This document shows, in pieces, positions 26,156-39,748 of a stretch of 64,000 bases of DNA (position 1 is its first letter; every line of letters begins with the position of its first letter). Source of the DNA: Schmidtea nova (Eukaryota); contig CM097883.1 of NCBI GenBank assembly GCA_044892505.1, positions 375,968,001 to 376,032,000 of the forward strand. The letters are read 5' to 3'. Made by a program: the position numbers and the translations under genes. A model generated the notes under the pieces. The model was not told the origin of the DNA and made no database searches. It was given only the letters and a program-made list of their open reading frames with translations.

Positions 26156-26228
26156 TAAAATTTCGTTGATAATTTTCAAAACCATTTTTATTTTTTTGAT
26201 AAATTGATTATATTTTTAATCCTTACTA

Positions 26229-27123
26229 AATGTCAATTGATACTGAAGAACAAGCAATAATCAAAATGAGTGATTCAGAACTCTGTGATTATGTTTCAGA
26301 AAGGCTTTTATAAGCGATCAATGCTTTGTACGGGGAGTTGCAATATTGCGTTAAAGCTTGTAAACTGCACCAGCTATGTAGACTGTAAATGTTGGCGGTG
26401 TTATACACAGACGTGCAGTAAATATCAAAACAGACATTCGATTCGCGAGCAGTCAATTTTAGAAGACATGAGGAAAGATGTTCGACTAATTTTAAGAGTA
26501 ATTCTAAGAATCGCAGGGCGTCAAAGACAGCATTCTATCTGTGAAACCCTGGATGTTTCGGGACCCACTTATAGAAAAATTTTCAAGAAATTAATTGAAA
26601 GAATGAAAAGAGAAAACTTGACATTGAGAAATCTTGGTGGTCCTGGAACTGTGATCCAAGTAGATGAAACAATGTTGAATAACAAATGCAAGAGCCACAG
26701 AGGTAGATCTCCTCTGAATAGGACAGATGCAATTTGTATTGTTGATGTTGTCAATGGAATTACTATGGTTTGGGCAGAAGTAAATCCCAACAAAATGGCC
26801 GCAACTCTTCTTTCAATAATAAAAGAACATGTTGTCGAAGGCTCAATTGTTCATACAGATGAGCATAGGAGCTATTCTGGACTCAGTGGTAATGGATTTG
26901 AGCATGACACGGTATGTCACAGGTTCAATTTCGTTGCACCAGTTACAGGAGTGCTTACTCAGCACGTCGAGTAATTTAATAACTCGTTGAAAGTGGAGAT
27001 CAAAGCAAGAAAAGGTGTTAAGACAGAGAAAAAAACGGATTTTCTTGATGAGTTCATATGGAAATGGAATCACAAAGCATCTCTAATGAATTCATTATTT
27101 AATTTATTAAAAGTTGATAATTA
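26229..27123 (+). pseudogene. Merlin (IS1595-like) DDE transposase
   Basis: VIQVDETM, KCKSHRGRSP, VHTDEHRSY and VCHRFNFV; HVE*FNN continues past an in-frame stop to ...FIWKWN; a TIR-like cgttgataccc lies near 27190. Confidence 0.9.
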
Positions 27124-27209
27124 AAATTTGATATTAAATTTATTTATTTTTAGTAAATTAAATTAATTTTTTCAATTCGGCATTTTTTTTCGTTGATACC
27201 CTTCCCGGC

Positions 27210-29293
27210 ATTTTTTTTTGTTGATCCATAATTTGGATCAACGAAATAAAAATAATTTTAATAAACGATTTGATATTTGTGATGAATTCAAAAATAGCAT
27301 ATTTTTTCTCAGCATTTTGGTATTTAAATCAGATAAATGTCCGGTGATATCGATTAAAAATGAAAAGTCAGCCATCTATTGTAAATCGTCAAATTCAGTA
27401 ACGTTTTTTCCTTTCATTTCCATGAACAACCGAATCTCTGGAAGAAGATTGTAAAATCGAAGCAATACCTTACTTTTGCTGAGCCATCGAACCTCACTAA
27501 GGTAAATAACATCGCTATATTCAGCATCAATATCGATCAACAACTGTTTGAATTGGCGATGGTTGAGTGCCTTTGATCTAATAAAATTAGCTGTTGACAC
27601 AACAATATCCATAACATGTTTCATATTAATTTGTTTTGCACATAAATTCCCGACATGCAGTACACAATGGAATACAAAAACCTTATTTCGATGATCGACA
27701 TCTAAACTTTGCAATATAAGGGTTGTAAGACCAGATCAAGCTCCTCGCATTGCTGGTGCGCCATCGCTGGATATTCCAATTAATTTGGAAAGTGGAAGGA
27801 ATTTTTTAGCTCAGTGAAAAGAACTTCAGCTATTGTTGTTCCTTTCATAGAAACCAGATCAAGTAATTCCTCTGTCACATTAACTCCTCGTCAACACCAC
27901 GGACAAAAATTGATAATTGGGCAGTATCGGATATATCAGTTGATTAGTCAAGACATGGAATAATATTGAAAACGCTCTATCTGGTCGATCAATTGCGTTT
28001 CGATATTTTGCGCCAATTTATCAATTCAGTTTGCGACAGTAAATCTTGACAACTTATGTTACTGAACAGATTTTTCTTTTCAGGACAAATTATTCCAACG
28101 GCCGTTTCAATGCACTCTTTTACAACATTGCCATCTGAAAAACATTTTAAGTGTTTAACTTAAATATTGGAAATAGCATAGCTGGCTTCGGTAACTGCTA
28201 CCCCTTCATTAAACTCTTGTGAACAAGTTTTGCTGTGAATTGATCATAATTTTCAGAATGCCTTTGTGTATAGTGACGCCTAATGTTATATTCTTTCATG
28301 ACACCGATAGGTTCTTGACAGATCAGACAAGTTAGATTTTCTTTATATAAAATAAAGTAATTTTTGGTCCAACTTTCCTTGGACATTCGATGTTATTCTT
28401 CAATTTTTCGTTTTCCTTTCAACATAGCCATTCTATAATATTTAACCCTTTGACCACTGTCGGGACATATATGTCCCAGTCAAATTTAAAAAAATTATAG
28501 ATGCCTTATTCTCTGTGCTATTACAACCAACGCTTGTCCCACTCGTGTTTATAGTATTTTCGACTAGTTTCGTCTATACTCGTTAATATACGTTCTGCCG
28601 GCTAGCAAACGTAACATTTTATTTCATTCGTTGTCACAGTTTACAGCATGTGCTTTGTGAAATAGTGGTTATAATACCTACATTATTGTTTATTTTGGAA
28701 GTATTTATATCAAAAGGTAAGCACATTTATTTTTTTGTGTATATGTTTATATTTTTTTATAAAACTGCATGCAATAATAGTTTTTGCCTTACATTTAGTT
28801 AGTGGGCTATATATGTCCCAAACTCAAATTTCAATTTTGCAGCATAGGAAAAATTTGAAATCAACATTAAACGTTTTAAACAAGCTATATAGTTGATTTC
28901 TATCGTTAAAGTTACAGAAATTTCATTTTTTTAAATTCGACGTCAAAGGGTTAAAATAATTTTTTTATTTATTATAAATTATATCACAAATTGTCCACAG
29001 TTAAAATTCTCCGTATCTGCATAAACTCGTACTTTACCAAAATATATTTTTAGAAATTTATGTAACAGAAAGAGCCAATGTATATAAAATTATACATCTC
29101 AAATAAATTTTATACATTGTTGCAAGCCAAAAGAATATTAGTGTTTGGTTATAGATTCTATGACAAAAATTTAATTTTTATCGGCACTTTTAAACAAATT
29201 TATAATATGTAGATTTATAAGCAAATCAGACATTTATCGAAAAACTCTCATGGGCAACAAAAAAATCTGTTGGCAGCAGGTTAAACAGGGCTG
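27210..29293 (-). mobile_element. Truncated SPIN/Charlie-type hAT element
   Basis: Degraded transposase 27218-28431 (CLICQE...RRHY, DGAPAM, EVRWLSK); end cagccctg at 29293 flanked by atttagat; the other end is missing. Confidence 0.8.
28446..28950. mobile_element. piggyBac-type MITE
   Basis: TTAA TSDs (28442-28445, 28951-28954) and TIRs CCCTTTGAC / GTCAAAGGG; no coding capacity. Confidence 0.9.
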
Positions 29294-29959
29294 ATTTAGA
29301 TATTTATTTTTAAATGAAATTGGAAATTGGATATATGTAAGTTTATTTTTAATTTATAAATATACTTTTAATTTTGATAACTTAGGTATTTTAATATATG
29401 GAGAAAAAAGAAGTCAAAATTGGTTATGTTGGTTATGTAAGTATATTTTTATAATATTTGCTAAGTAATTAATTTTCGAAATAAATACTGACATAAATCT
29501 AATTAACGAAATTATTTTAAAAAAGAATTATATCGAAGCAATTATGTAGGAAAAGTAATTCAATTTAAGTTAATTAATCAATTTTTGTAAGTATTTTTAA
29601 TTCAAGTCAATTTACCAAAACAAATAACATATATTATGTGATATTTTAGATAATTTTAGTATCATATTTTTCAAATTTTTTGCATTTTAAAGAATACTAT
29701 TAATACCAATAAAATTTAATAATAATTAAACTTAGTAATAATGTTAAATTAACATTTTATAACAATTTATATTTTCGCACTGATGGGAAAATTATTAATT
29801 AAAACAAATTACTTTTATTTTTGATAATTTAAATTTAATTTAGTAAATAAGTAATAGTATTTTAATAAATTTTGTTATTATTTTTAAATATACGCATACC
29901 AATGCAAACAATTAATTAAAACAAATTTGATATTTATTATTAATTTAAACTTTTATTTT

Positions 29960-31070
29960 AGATTAGAAATGTTCAATCCTCCATCTTGGGTTAAATATAC
30001 GTCTTTAACTATTTTTCCATAGTAATTCATCATCGCTACTGATAAAGGGATCATTTTTCTCGTTTCCGAACTGGCATACACCGCGTCGATGAATAATATT
30101 CTATTGAGAACTTCCTCGAGAGCCATTTCTTTCTTAATAAATAAGTTTTCTTTTTAACATTTCTTCTAAAAATTTAAATCAACGTTGAATCCTTGTTCTC
30201 TATTCAGGTTTCCGAAACAATGCTCGTTTCCTCGTTCGCTGCACGTATGGGTTTTTCCAATTCCTTTTTAATTTTCCAATAAGATAATTTTTTTTATTCC
30301 ATCCACAGTTGATTTCCTTCCATTATTTCCACTGCTCCTTTGAGGATATGCAGATAATATTGTTCCTTGCTGAATATTCGAACTTCATTAGTTAACTTCA
30401 TTTCCATTTTTCGGTGTATTTTAAGTATCTTGATTTTTATTTTCCTATCGTCTATTAAGAAATAATTTGTAATTTTTGTCCTGAATGGCGTCTTTGCAGT
30501 TATGCGTAGCTGTCGTATGTTGCCCGTGCCCATTGAATTTGATTCATTCTTACAAAAACATTTATAGTTAAAGTTTTATCAATTTAATTTTGAAGCTATG
30601 GTTAAGATGAAGTGCCTAAAGAATACTGCCTTACCCGTATCTGTTTATATATTTGTTCTTTAGTGCTGGCCAATCAAATTGATTCTTCTTTTCTTTCGTC
30701 GGAAAAGCAGTTTTACACAAACAATGATGATGCTTTCACTGATAATAATGAATAAATGTAAAAAAACTACGACAACGTTATCAAAATTGCATGCAAATTA
30801 ATCATGTCTTACAACACAAATTTTTCTTCATAAATCATCCAAGGTCTCAAAGGCTCGGATTGAATCGTAAAAAGTCTGGATATTTTATTGATTCGCATAA
30901 AACAAAAGCGACAAAATTGATGATAAAGATTGTTATAATAATGATAGTTATGTATAATATCACACACGCAATTTCTTTGTTATTGTTTAATAATGATATA
31001 GCTTTATTATTTGCAATTGATTTATTGCACGACCAAATATCTCGTATAAATCGTACAACCGTTTGACATA
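29960..31070 (-). pseudogene. Second, decayed copy of the env-tail plus exonuclease cassette
   Basis: Collinear similarity to about 49900-51200, e.g. MIPLSVAMMNYYGKIVKDVYLT, KIKILKIHRKMEMKLTNEVRI and the TM-tail region. Confidence 0.88.
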
Positions 31071-31723
31071 AAATTATCTTAATCTTTACACCTATGAATC
31101 GAAATTGCGGGTCGCAATTTTACCGCTCGAGCGGGTATGCTATGTTGGACAAAAGCAAAACCCAACTAATTTTTGTTTAACCGCAGCAAAAACACAACAC
31201 GAAGAAATCACGCGCGAAGTGAATTTAAATTGTAAACACCAGATAAATAAAACAAATAAAAGGAACATAAAATTAATTAAAACACAAAATAAAATAAACT
31301 TATATTAGATAATAAAAAGAGAAATATTGGAAGTTAACAAATATTATAAAATTGCAAAAAATAAATTTGGAATAAATGTGAACATAGGAGATCAAACGAT
31401 GGCTTAACTATTATATGGTTGATTGTTATTAATTTAATTTGTGTTATAATCTTCTTTTTGTTTTTTGTGTATGATAAATTGTTTTTTGTAATATAACTAT
31501 TTATAAGTGAAACATTAAAAAGTCTAAAAAATCATCTAAAACAAGATCAAACAGTTTATATTATTAAAAATAAAAAAATAAAAAATGTTGATAAACACTT
31601 ATTGACAAATTATAAAATTAAATAATGAAAAAAATATTGAACTCACATTAGGAGAAAAAATTCCAAAATCCATGAAATTCCCAAAAAGTTCTTAAAAATT
31701 TTCTGAATGATAATTTAATTTCT

Positions 31724-31954
31724 NNNNNNNNNNNNNNNNNNNNNNNNNNNNNNNNNNNNNNNNNNNNNNNNNNNNNNNNNNNNNNNNNNNNNNNNNNNNN
31801 NNNNNNNNNNNNNNNNNNNNNNNNNNNNNNNNNNNNNNNNNNNNNNNNNNNNNNNNNNNNNNNNNNNNNNNNNNNNNNNNNNNNNNNNNNNNNNNNNNNN
31901 NNNNNNNNNNNNNNNNNNNNNNNNNNNNNNNNNNNNNNNNNNNNNNNNNNNNNN
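31724..31954. other. Assembly gap
   Basis: Run of N. Confidence 1.
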
Positions 31955-32150
31955 ACCTTTGATCTTTTTTTATTATTATTATCAATAATTCCAATAATGA
32001 TGACTATAGATCAAAATATTTTTTATAAACAATAACACAATATTTCGGCACACACTTGATAAAGGCTGTTCCGAAATATTGTGTTATTGTTTATAAAAAA
32101 TTTTTATCTATAGTCATCATTATAGGAATTATTGATTATATTAATAATAA
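31955..32150. repeat. Fold-back repeat, same family as 6931-7107
   Basis: Starts with the same acctttgatc; arms are symmetric around cacacacttg near 32050. Confidence 0.88.
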
Positions 32151-32156
32151 TAATAA

Positions 32157-32191
<35 letters not shown>

Positions 32192-32193
<2 letters not shown>

Positions 32194-32964
32194 GTAAAAT
32201 CCCGAGTATAAGCTGCAGCTAATACGTACATTAAGGCAACATTTCTGAATTGCAGCTAATATGATGTGCAGCTTATACAACTAAAAAACAATTCAAATCG
32301 AAGATAAGATTATTTATTTCAATTTTCAACATCACACTCCTCAAAACCATCACACTTTTCATTGTCAATAAAATTTTCTAGTAATTCTACAATGTTTGGA
32401 TCAGACTCGTTCACATTCATTTCATTTTCTTCAATTTCAAGAACATCGTCGTCTTCACCGAATGCAACACATTTCGTTTCCAATTCCGGATATCTAGCGT
32501 TACCACCACGCAATGATCTTCGATTTGGATTCATTGCTTTGATAACAGACTCTTGGGCGATCCATCGTCGAATAACAGTTTCATTAATATCATATCGTCT
32601 TGCAACCTCCCGTATGTTTCCTAACTGACGAGCTAATTCAATAACTTCTTTTTTCTTTGCTGAACTAAAAGATCTTCGTTGTTTCTTTTGTTTTTGTTCC
32701 AAATCGTTATCAATTTTAATCAAGGATTCAAAAAGTGCAATAAACAATATAAACGATATAAACGATTAAAACAAAATGGTTATTGTTTTTTTAATGATAT
32801 TTGATATTTGTATTTTAATGATAGGTTGCTGATTTTAAAATCAGGTGTTTTCAACGCAAATGGTGCAGCTAATACGTGCTGCGGTTTATACGACTAAAAA
32901 ATACATTTTTATAAAAATGTCATCTGCAGCTAATACGCGCTGCAGCTTATACTCGGGTTTTTAC
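32192..32964 (-). mobile_element. Internally deleted pogo/Tigger-like DNA transposon
   Basis: TIRs gtaaaatcccgagtataagctgcagc / gctgcagcttatactcgggtttttac; ORF 32319-32747 fuses an N-terminal HTH (RRSFSSAKKKEVI...IRRW) to an acidic tail with no DDE core. Confidence 0.85.
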
Positions 32965-33414
32965 TTTTGATATAATGGATTAATGGATTTGATTTAATGG
33001 ATTATTCTAAAATATGGTTTGTTTGGTCAAATCAATAGATTTGTTTTTGAAAGGAATTTCTTTGTAATTGAATTTTTCAAATTTGGCTTAGTGGGAAGTT
33101 ATTGGAAATTGAAAATTGTGATCTGGGACGATTTGGCTTTATTGAGCGTTTGGTATTCTAGAACTTTGTGGGGATTTAAAATTTGGTTGAATCGTTTGGA
33201 TTTATTTGGGCATTTGGGAAACTGAGTGGTTTTGTCGATGCTCTTTTAAGATTTAATTGGATTTAAAAAAGGATATTGTTCAAAGGATATATGATTCAAA
33301 GAATTGTTCTGACATTCGTTATGTCTGACTCGAATTCATCTGAAATGACAAGAGATAATCGCATCACATTTTAATCATGTCGGCAACATTCTCACACAAG
33401 AAGACTCTAATTCG

Positions 33415-33747
33415 ATGGTTTTCATTCAAACTGAAGACGATGTTTTGGAAACGAAAGAGTGTATTTCTATAGATTGTGAAAAATATGTTATATCGCCAAG
33501 AGAGATGAATCCTACTTTTCAATTTAAGAAAGTCAATTGTGATTCAATGTCAATTTTAAAATCGATAATTCAAACATCTGATTTCAAGTTAAATAGTGAT
33601 ATCTATGACAGTATCTTTGCTGAGACAATAAAGAATTTCATTGATGCTTCTTTTGTTCGTTACAAAAGTGACAGTATGTTGGCTGATGAAATAAAAGCTT
33701 TATTAAAATGTTTTTGGCTCGATTCAATAATAATAATAATAGAATAA
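33415..33747 (+). other. Unassigned 110-aa ORF, possibly decayed coding sequence
   Basis: Protein-like composition, but no recognisable family or splice structure. Confidence 0.2.
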
Positions 33748-36059
33748 AAAATGTAGTATTATGAAAAATAGAAAAAGTTAAGCAGGATTAATTATTTTAA
33801 AAATTACCGAGATTCTTAAGTGTTAGATTCTGCACTTTTGAAGGTTAGACAACAACAAAATTATTGACAAATAATAATAACCCTTCAGGTGAAAAACAAA
33901 CAGAAAAAAAGTAAAAGTACTGAGGAAATTCTCAGTCAACTCACCAATAAATCATAATTTTATGTTTCTAAGTCTCAAAGACTAGAAAATTAAAATAAAG
34001 CATACAATAGATATCTAAGCTTGGACAACATCATTTGAAAACGCGCAATTGCATTGAAAACAATAGCAGCATAAAGCTTTGGTGAAGGTAATTGGATTTG
34101 TAAAAAATTGCATTTAATCAATAAATCCTTTGTAATTCCTTTTTAGTTCTGGTATTCAATAATTGCTGTGTATTTTTTGACCATTTTATAGTATTTTGCG
34201 ATATATTTATGAAACCTTTTGTGTCATCTCTAAATCATTTCCCTCTAAATTTAAAAATTATTTGATTAAGGGTTTGGAATTCCTGAGGAATGTCAGAGGG
34301 AAAATGAACAGGATTTTTCAAATTTAAATTCTGATATAAAAAGTATTTAAATCGTACCAATAAATTAAATGATACTATGTTCATTAAAAATCAAATGGTT
34401 GCAGCCTTAGACGTATTCAGTCAGAATTTACTTTTTTTAAGTAAAGAAAGGCAATTATCTTTTAAAACACTAGCGGATAAAACGAATTTAGAATAAAACT
34501 TTCCAGTAAAGGATTAGTTTGTTTATATATATTTATTTATTTTAATGCGTTAAGATGAAAATAAAAATTTGTTGGTATATTTTGCTACAAAATAGGGAGA
34601 AAACATAATAAATAAAATGTAAATAAACTATTGAACCTAAACTAAACACTACGTTCTAAATCAGAACAAAATAAAATCAACTGACAGTATGTTGATTAAT
34701 TAACGAGATGACAAGAGTAAGAAAAGCTGGAATTAATTTCTAAAAATACATACCCAGTTAAATGTTTCTTCTGAATTTTCATAAATTCTAACCGTCGGCT
34801 AAATTTGATAGAAAAATAAGTGATAAAACATCTAAAAATTGTTATTATAGTTGTCCATAATTTATTGATGAAATAAACCTTTATCAATAATAAAAGAGAA
34901 TGAAATATCTTTAAAATTGTAAAACAAGCATTATCTAAACAGCTGTTAATTAACTTTAACTAATGCATCTTTATTTTAAATTTAATTCATTAGACATCTT
35001 TTTTATATTCATATAGTATAGATTTGTGGAATATTTAAACAATTTTAAAGTTTATTTTCATAATTATAAAGATTTTATAATATGACTGAAACAAGTTAAC
35101 TTGCTTAACAAAATAACAGAATTTAAAAGAATTTAATTATTGAAATGTATAGAGTATTTTTACCGAGTTTCCTGAAGTCTGACAATTGAAATTTCTTATT
35201 GTTTAAAACATCTTAAATAAATGCACATGAAACAACAAAAAAGATTAATTTAAAAAGGAACAATAACGCATCAACAAAACCGAATAACTACATAGCACGT
35301 TGAGGGTAAATCAACGTGAGTAAATAAAGCAAAATAATATATGAGGTTGCAAGTATATTGATGTATAGGTTGTTCAAATTTATAGTTTCTTTAGTTACCA
35401 CAACCTCAAAAAAATTATGATTCCTGATGAAAAACTCATCGAAGAAACCCATAGTTACTTTTAAGTAATTAAGTTGGTAATATACACAGTGGTATGATAA
35501 ACAATTAGATGAACTTTGCTAAATACGATGTATGTCAATGCCGACACGTGGATGCAACGTATCTTGTGTAGAAACATCAACCAAGAAAAGTATCTTCGAA
35601 TGAACCTTTCCATTTACCGGAATTTCAAATTTTATTCGATTTAATTTAAATGTAAACCATAAGAGCTAGAACATTATTAAATAGAAAGATAAAAGTATGT
35701 GGGATTTTTTTAATTTAATTTTTTTCCTTTATTTTAATAATATTTTTATGACTTGATCATACTATTTCATATGTTACCTCAATCTATGATTTTTCTCTGT
35801 CAGATTGATCAAGGTCCTTCGAATTTAAATTCAACCGGCCCTCATATTGTGTGCTCTCTTACAAAATGCAGATTTGAAGATCTGCAATTTTGTTACTTCC
35901 AAATTCGTGCTTTTTAAAATTATTTTACTCTCCTCATATGTATTTTCTTAAATTAGAATATTTGGTGTAATCGTGTATTTTCTTTCTGTTTTATAAGTTT
36001 ATTTCGACAAAGATATTACCGAGCCAATTTTGAGGGTCTCAGCGTTATCGAAAGTTACA

Positions 36060-36480
36060 CCACGCAAATAATTAAAAGATGGTAAACCAACAATTCAACA
36101 TCCGGATAATACGGTGGATGCTAAAGAATCTCAAAATCAAGTTCTTGGATGGCAGTTTTAGCAATGTTAATTTTATGCGAGGTTGCGCTTTGTCGTGTAA
36201 AAGGTTTATACGGCTTTGTCTATTGGCTTGTTTCAGTTGAATAGTCTCATTTACTTGGTGCATCTTGGCAGCATAGAAGTTTTTCTCAACAGTCTTATTT
36301 TCTCCAGTATTTCACAGTGCACCAGATCTTACCAATTCCACCAAACGCAGATAATTGTTTTCTTGGATATCTTCATTAACTCTTATCTTAAGCATGGTTC
36401 CCGAGGGATAAATTTCAGTGTAATCAAGAATGTTTTGAGAAGAACATTGTCAAAAAACGAAAGATTATTGTGATTATTTC
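36060..36480 (-). pseudogene. Mariner transposase relic
   Basis: Degenerate ICVWWNW, LLHDKAQP (consensus LLHDNARP) and HPPYYPD (consensus HPPYSPD) across frames. Confidence 0.8.
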
Positions 36481-36889
36481 CCTAATGCTTGTAAATCGAA
36501 TAAAAAACAAATTGAATTATTAAATACTATATTGTCGGAATATAATCCGGTAAAGAACACGGATGACAATTATAATGTGATTTTTAATACGCAACTTCAA
36601 TTTGATCAAACAGACAATTATAAATATTTATAGTTATTAAGTACGATTAATTCCAAACGAAAATGAATAAATTACTTTTCATATTAATTTGGTAAAAATC
36701 TAAAATTTTCAATTGAATTAGTACAAATTTTATTTGTCTTTGGAATTCCATGATTAGTTCGTGATATTGTGACGTCAGTGCAACTGAGAAATTATAATAA
36801 GTAGTAAAATTATATAAATAAACTACGGGACATTGACACTGCAAATAATTTTGATATAGCTATATATTGGACATCCAGTTATTCTAGAC

Positions 36890-37331
36890 CAGTGTTTCCC
36901 AACGTAGGGCGTACGCCCCACAGGGGGGGGCAATCTGATAATTGGAGGGGTAAATTTGCAAATCTAGCTTTAGTGCTGTAAATGATATATTAATTAAATA
37001 AAGAAATCGTTTGAACATAACACAACGTGGTGATTTAAGATTAAAGCTTACTAAGATGGAGCTAAATATTAAATTTTTGTGCCGCAAGGATCGCATTAAA
37101 AATTTTTAACAAAATCTGTTTAAATTTAATTTTAATTACAGTTTTTAATTGTATTCTTGAAATTCTTCTTTGTTATGATAACAATTTTACAGTGTTTTTT
37201 ATAAAGCATATCATTTATAATATTTTTAAACAAAACAAATAAAATTTTAATGTTTAAAGTTTTTTAAGGCGGAGATAGAGGTTTAAAAATTGTAAAAGTG
37301 GGGCATGGCTTAAAAAGGTTGGGAAACACTG
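36890..37331. mobile_element. hAT (Charlie-type) MITE
   Basis: TIRs cagtgtttcccaac / gttgggaaacactg; TSD TTCTAGAC on both sides. Confidence 0.95.
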
Positions 37332-37454
37332 TTCTAGACGATTCGCAGATTGATTATGAGAATTCAAAATCATTCATACATTTCAAACCGATATACACTT
37401 AGAAATACAGGATGAATGACAACTTATACCCATAGAAATTTAAATAAAATAAAC

Positions 37455-39317
37455 TTGGATTAATCTTTTTCAAATATTTTTAATGACTTCGAATAATTTA
37501 TCGAACTTTGTGGAAATTCAGAAAGTTTCAACTTGTTAGGACTTTTAGAAGTCACAATGTTTCAACTTTTAATTTCCGACGTGTTTTTAAAGATTTGAAT
37601 AAAACCGATAAGGATAAATCTTTTTCAAATTTTTTCGATGAGTTCGATAAAGAAACCGAATTATTGTAAGAATCTGAGAATCTGAAGCTTCAGCTCGTTA
37701 TGACTTTTAGAAGTGACTTTTTTTCCTAAATTTAATTTTACTATGTATTTTTAAAAATTTATATAAAACCGATAAGGATAAATTTGTTTCAAATATTTTC
37801 AATGAATTCGATAAGCAAACCGGGCTTTATGGATATTCTGAAGGTTTCAGCTCGTTACGATCTTTACAAGTAACTATTTTCTTTGTTTTCATTTCCTACG
37901 TGTTTTGAAAGATTTGAATAAAACCGATAAGAATAAATCTTTTTTCAAATTATTTCAATGACTTCGATAGAGAAACCAGGTTTTGAGCAGACTCTAGACA
38001 AGTGTTTTTCAACCTGTGTGTCTCGACACACTAGTGTGTCGCGAGAGATTTCTAGGTTTGTCGCGAGATTTTGCAAACACATTTAGAATTTCTGAAATCA
38101 AGTCCAAGAAGCGAGAGACTCCTCAGAATTGATGATGAGATGCGGGTTTGCTTGTCAACTTTGAAGCCACGATGGAATATGATCTGTTCCCTTAAGCAGG
38201 CACAGCCATCACCCTGAATTAACATGTACAAAATGAAATCATTTAAATAAAATAACTTTAAAATATTTTTGTGTGTCGCGAAAATTCTCGGATATTTTTA
38301 GTGTGTCGTAACCCAAAAAAAGTTTGAGAAACACTGCTCTAGACGTTTCATCTCAATAAGACCTTTAGAAGTCACTGTTTTTCTTCTTTTACTTTTCGAC
38401 GTGTTTTTAAAGATTTGAATAAAATCGACAAAGGATAAATCTATTTTAATTTCTTTCGAAGAGTTCGATAAAGAAACCGCAGTTTAGGAAGACTCTATAC
38501 AGCTCGTTACAACATTTAGACGTCACATTTTTTCCTAAATTTATTTTCGACATGTTTTTAAAAATTGGAATAAAACTGATAAGGATAAATCTTTTTCAAA
38601 TTCTTTCGTTGAATTTGATAAAAAAACATGTTTTATGGATATTCTTAAAGTTTCAGTTCGGTATGACTTTTAAAAGTCATTGTTTTCTTTGTTTTAATTT
38701 TCGGAGTGTTTTAAGAAACTTGAATCAAATCGATAAGGATAAATCTTTTTCAAATTTCTTCGGTGAGTTCGATAAAGAAACCGAGTTTTGTGGAGACTCA
38801 GAAAGTTTCAGCTCGTTTTATAAAATTTTGTTTTATATAATTTGAATCAAACCGATCAAACAAAATCTTTTTCAAATTTTTTCGATGTATTCGATAAAGA
38901 AACCAAATTTTGGGGAGTCTGTGAATATTTCATCTCGAAAACAGTGACTTTTACAAGTCACTGTTTTTTTTTGTTTTTAATTTTCGACGTGATTTTAAAA
39001 ATTTAAATGAAACCGATAAGGATAAATATTTTTGAAATTTTTTCGATGAGTTAGACAAAGAAATCAAGTTTTCGGGAGACTTTGAATGTTTCACCTCGTT
39101 TCGACATTTACAAGTCACTGTTTTCTTTTTTAATTTTCAAAGTGTTTTTGAAAATTTGAATAAAACCAATAAGGGTAAATCTTTTTTATATGCATTGTTG
39201 ATGAGTTCGATAAAGAAACCAGGTTTTGAGGAGACTCTGAACGTTTCAGCCCATTAGGACCATTAGAAGTCATTGTTTTCCTATTTTTATTTTTGTAAAG
39301 ATTTGATTAAAATCGAT

Positions 39318-39362
<45 letters not shown>

Positions 39363-39700
39363 TCAAAGTTTTTGCTGAGTTATAGAAAAGAAACCGAATT
39401 TCACGAAGACTCTGAAAGTTTCGCTTCACTACGATCTTTAGAAGTCACTTTTTTTCCTAAATATAATTTTCGACGTGTTTTTAAAAATTTAAATAAAACC
39501 GATAATCATAAATCTTTTTCAAATTATTTCGATAACTTCGATAGAGAAACCAGATTTTGAGCAGACTATACGTTTCAGCTAATTAGGACTTTTAGAAGTC
39601 ACTGTTTTCCTTCTTTTAATTTTCGACGTGTTTTTAAAGATTTGAATAAAATCGATAAAGATAAATCTTTTTCAATTTCTTTCGATGAGTTCGATAATTA
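37455..39700. repeat. Diverged tandem satellite, unit about 150-165 bp, roughly 12 copies
   Basis: aaaccgataaggataaatc and ttcgataaagaaacc recur at ~155-bp spacing. Confidence 0.92.
38000..38336 (+). mobile_element. hAT (Charlie/Buster) deletion derivative inserted in the satellite
   Basis: TIRs aagtgtttttcaac / tttgagaaacactg; TSD CTCTAGAC; retains the transposase C-terminus KSKKRERLLRIDDEMRVCLSTLKPR...KQAQPSP*. Confidence 0.93.
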
Positions 39701-39748
39701 AATTTTCATTAAAATTTTCATTAATGCCAAAATACATCAAATGAACTA

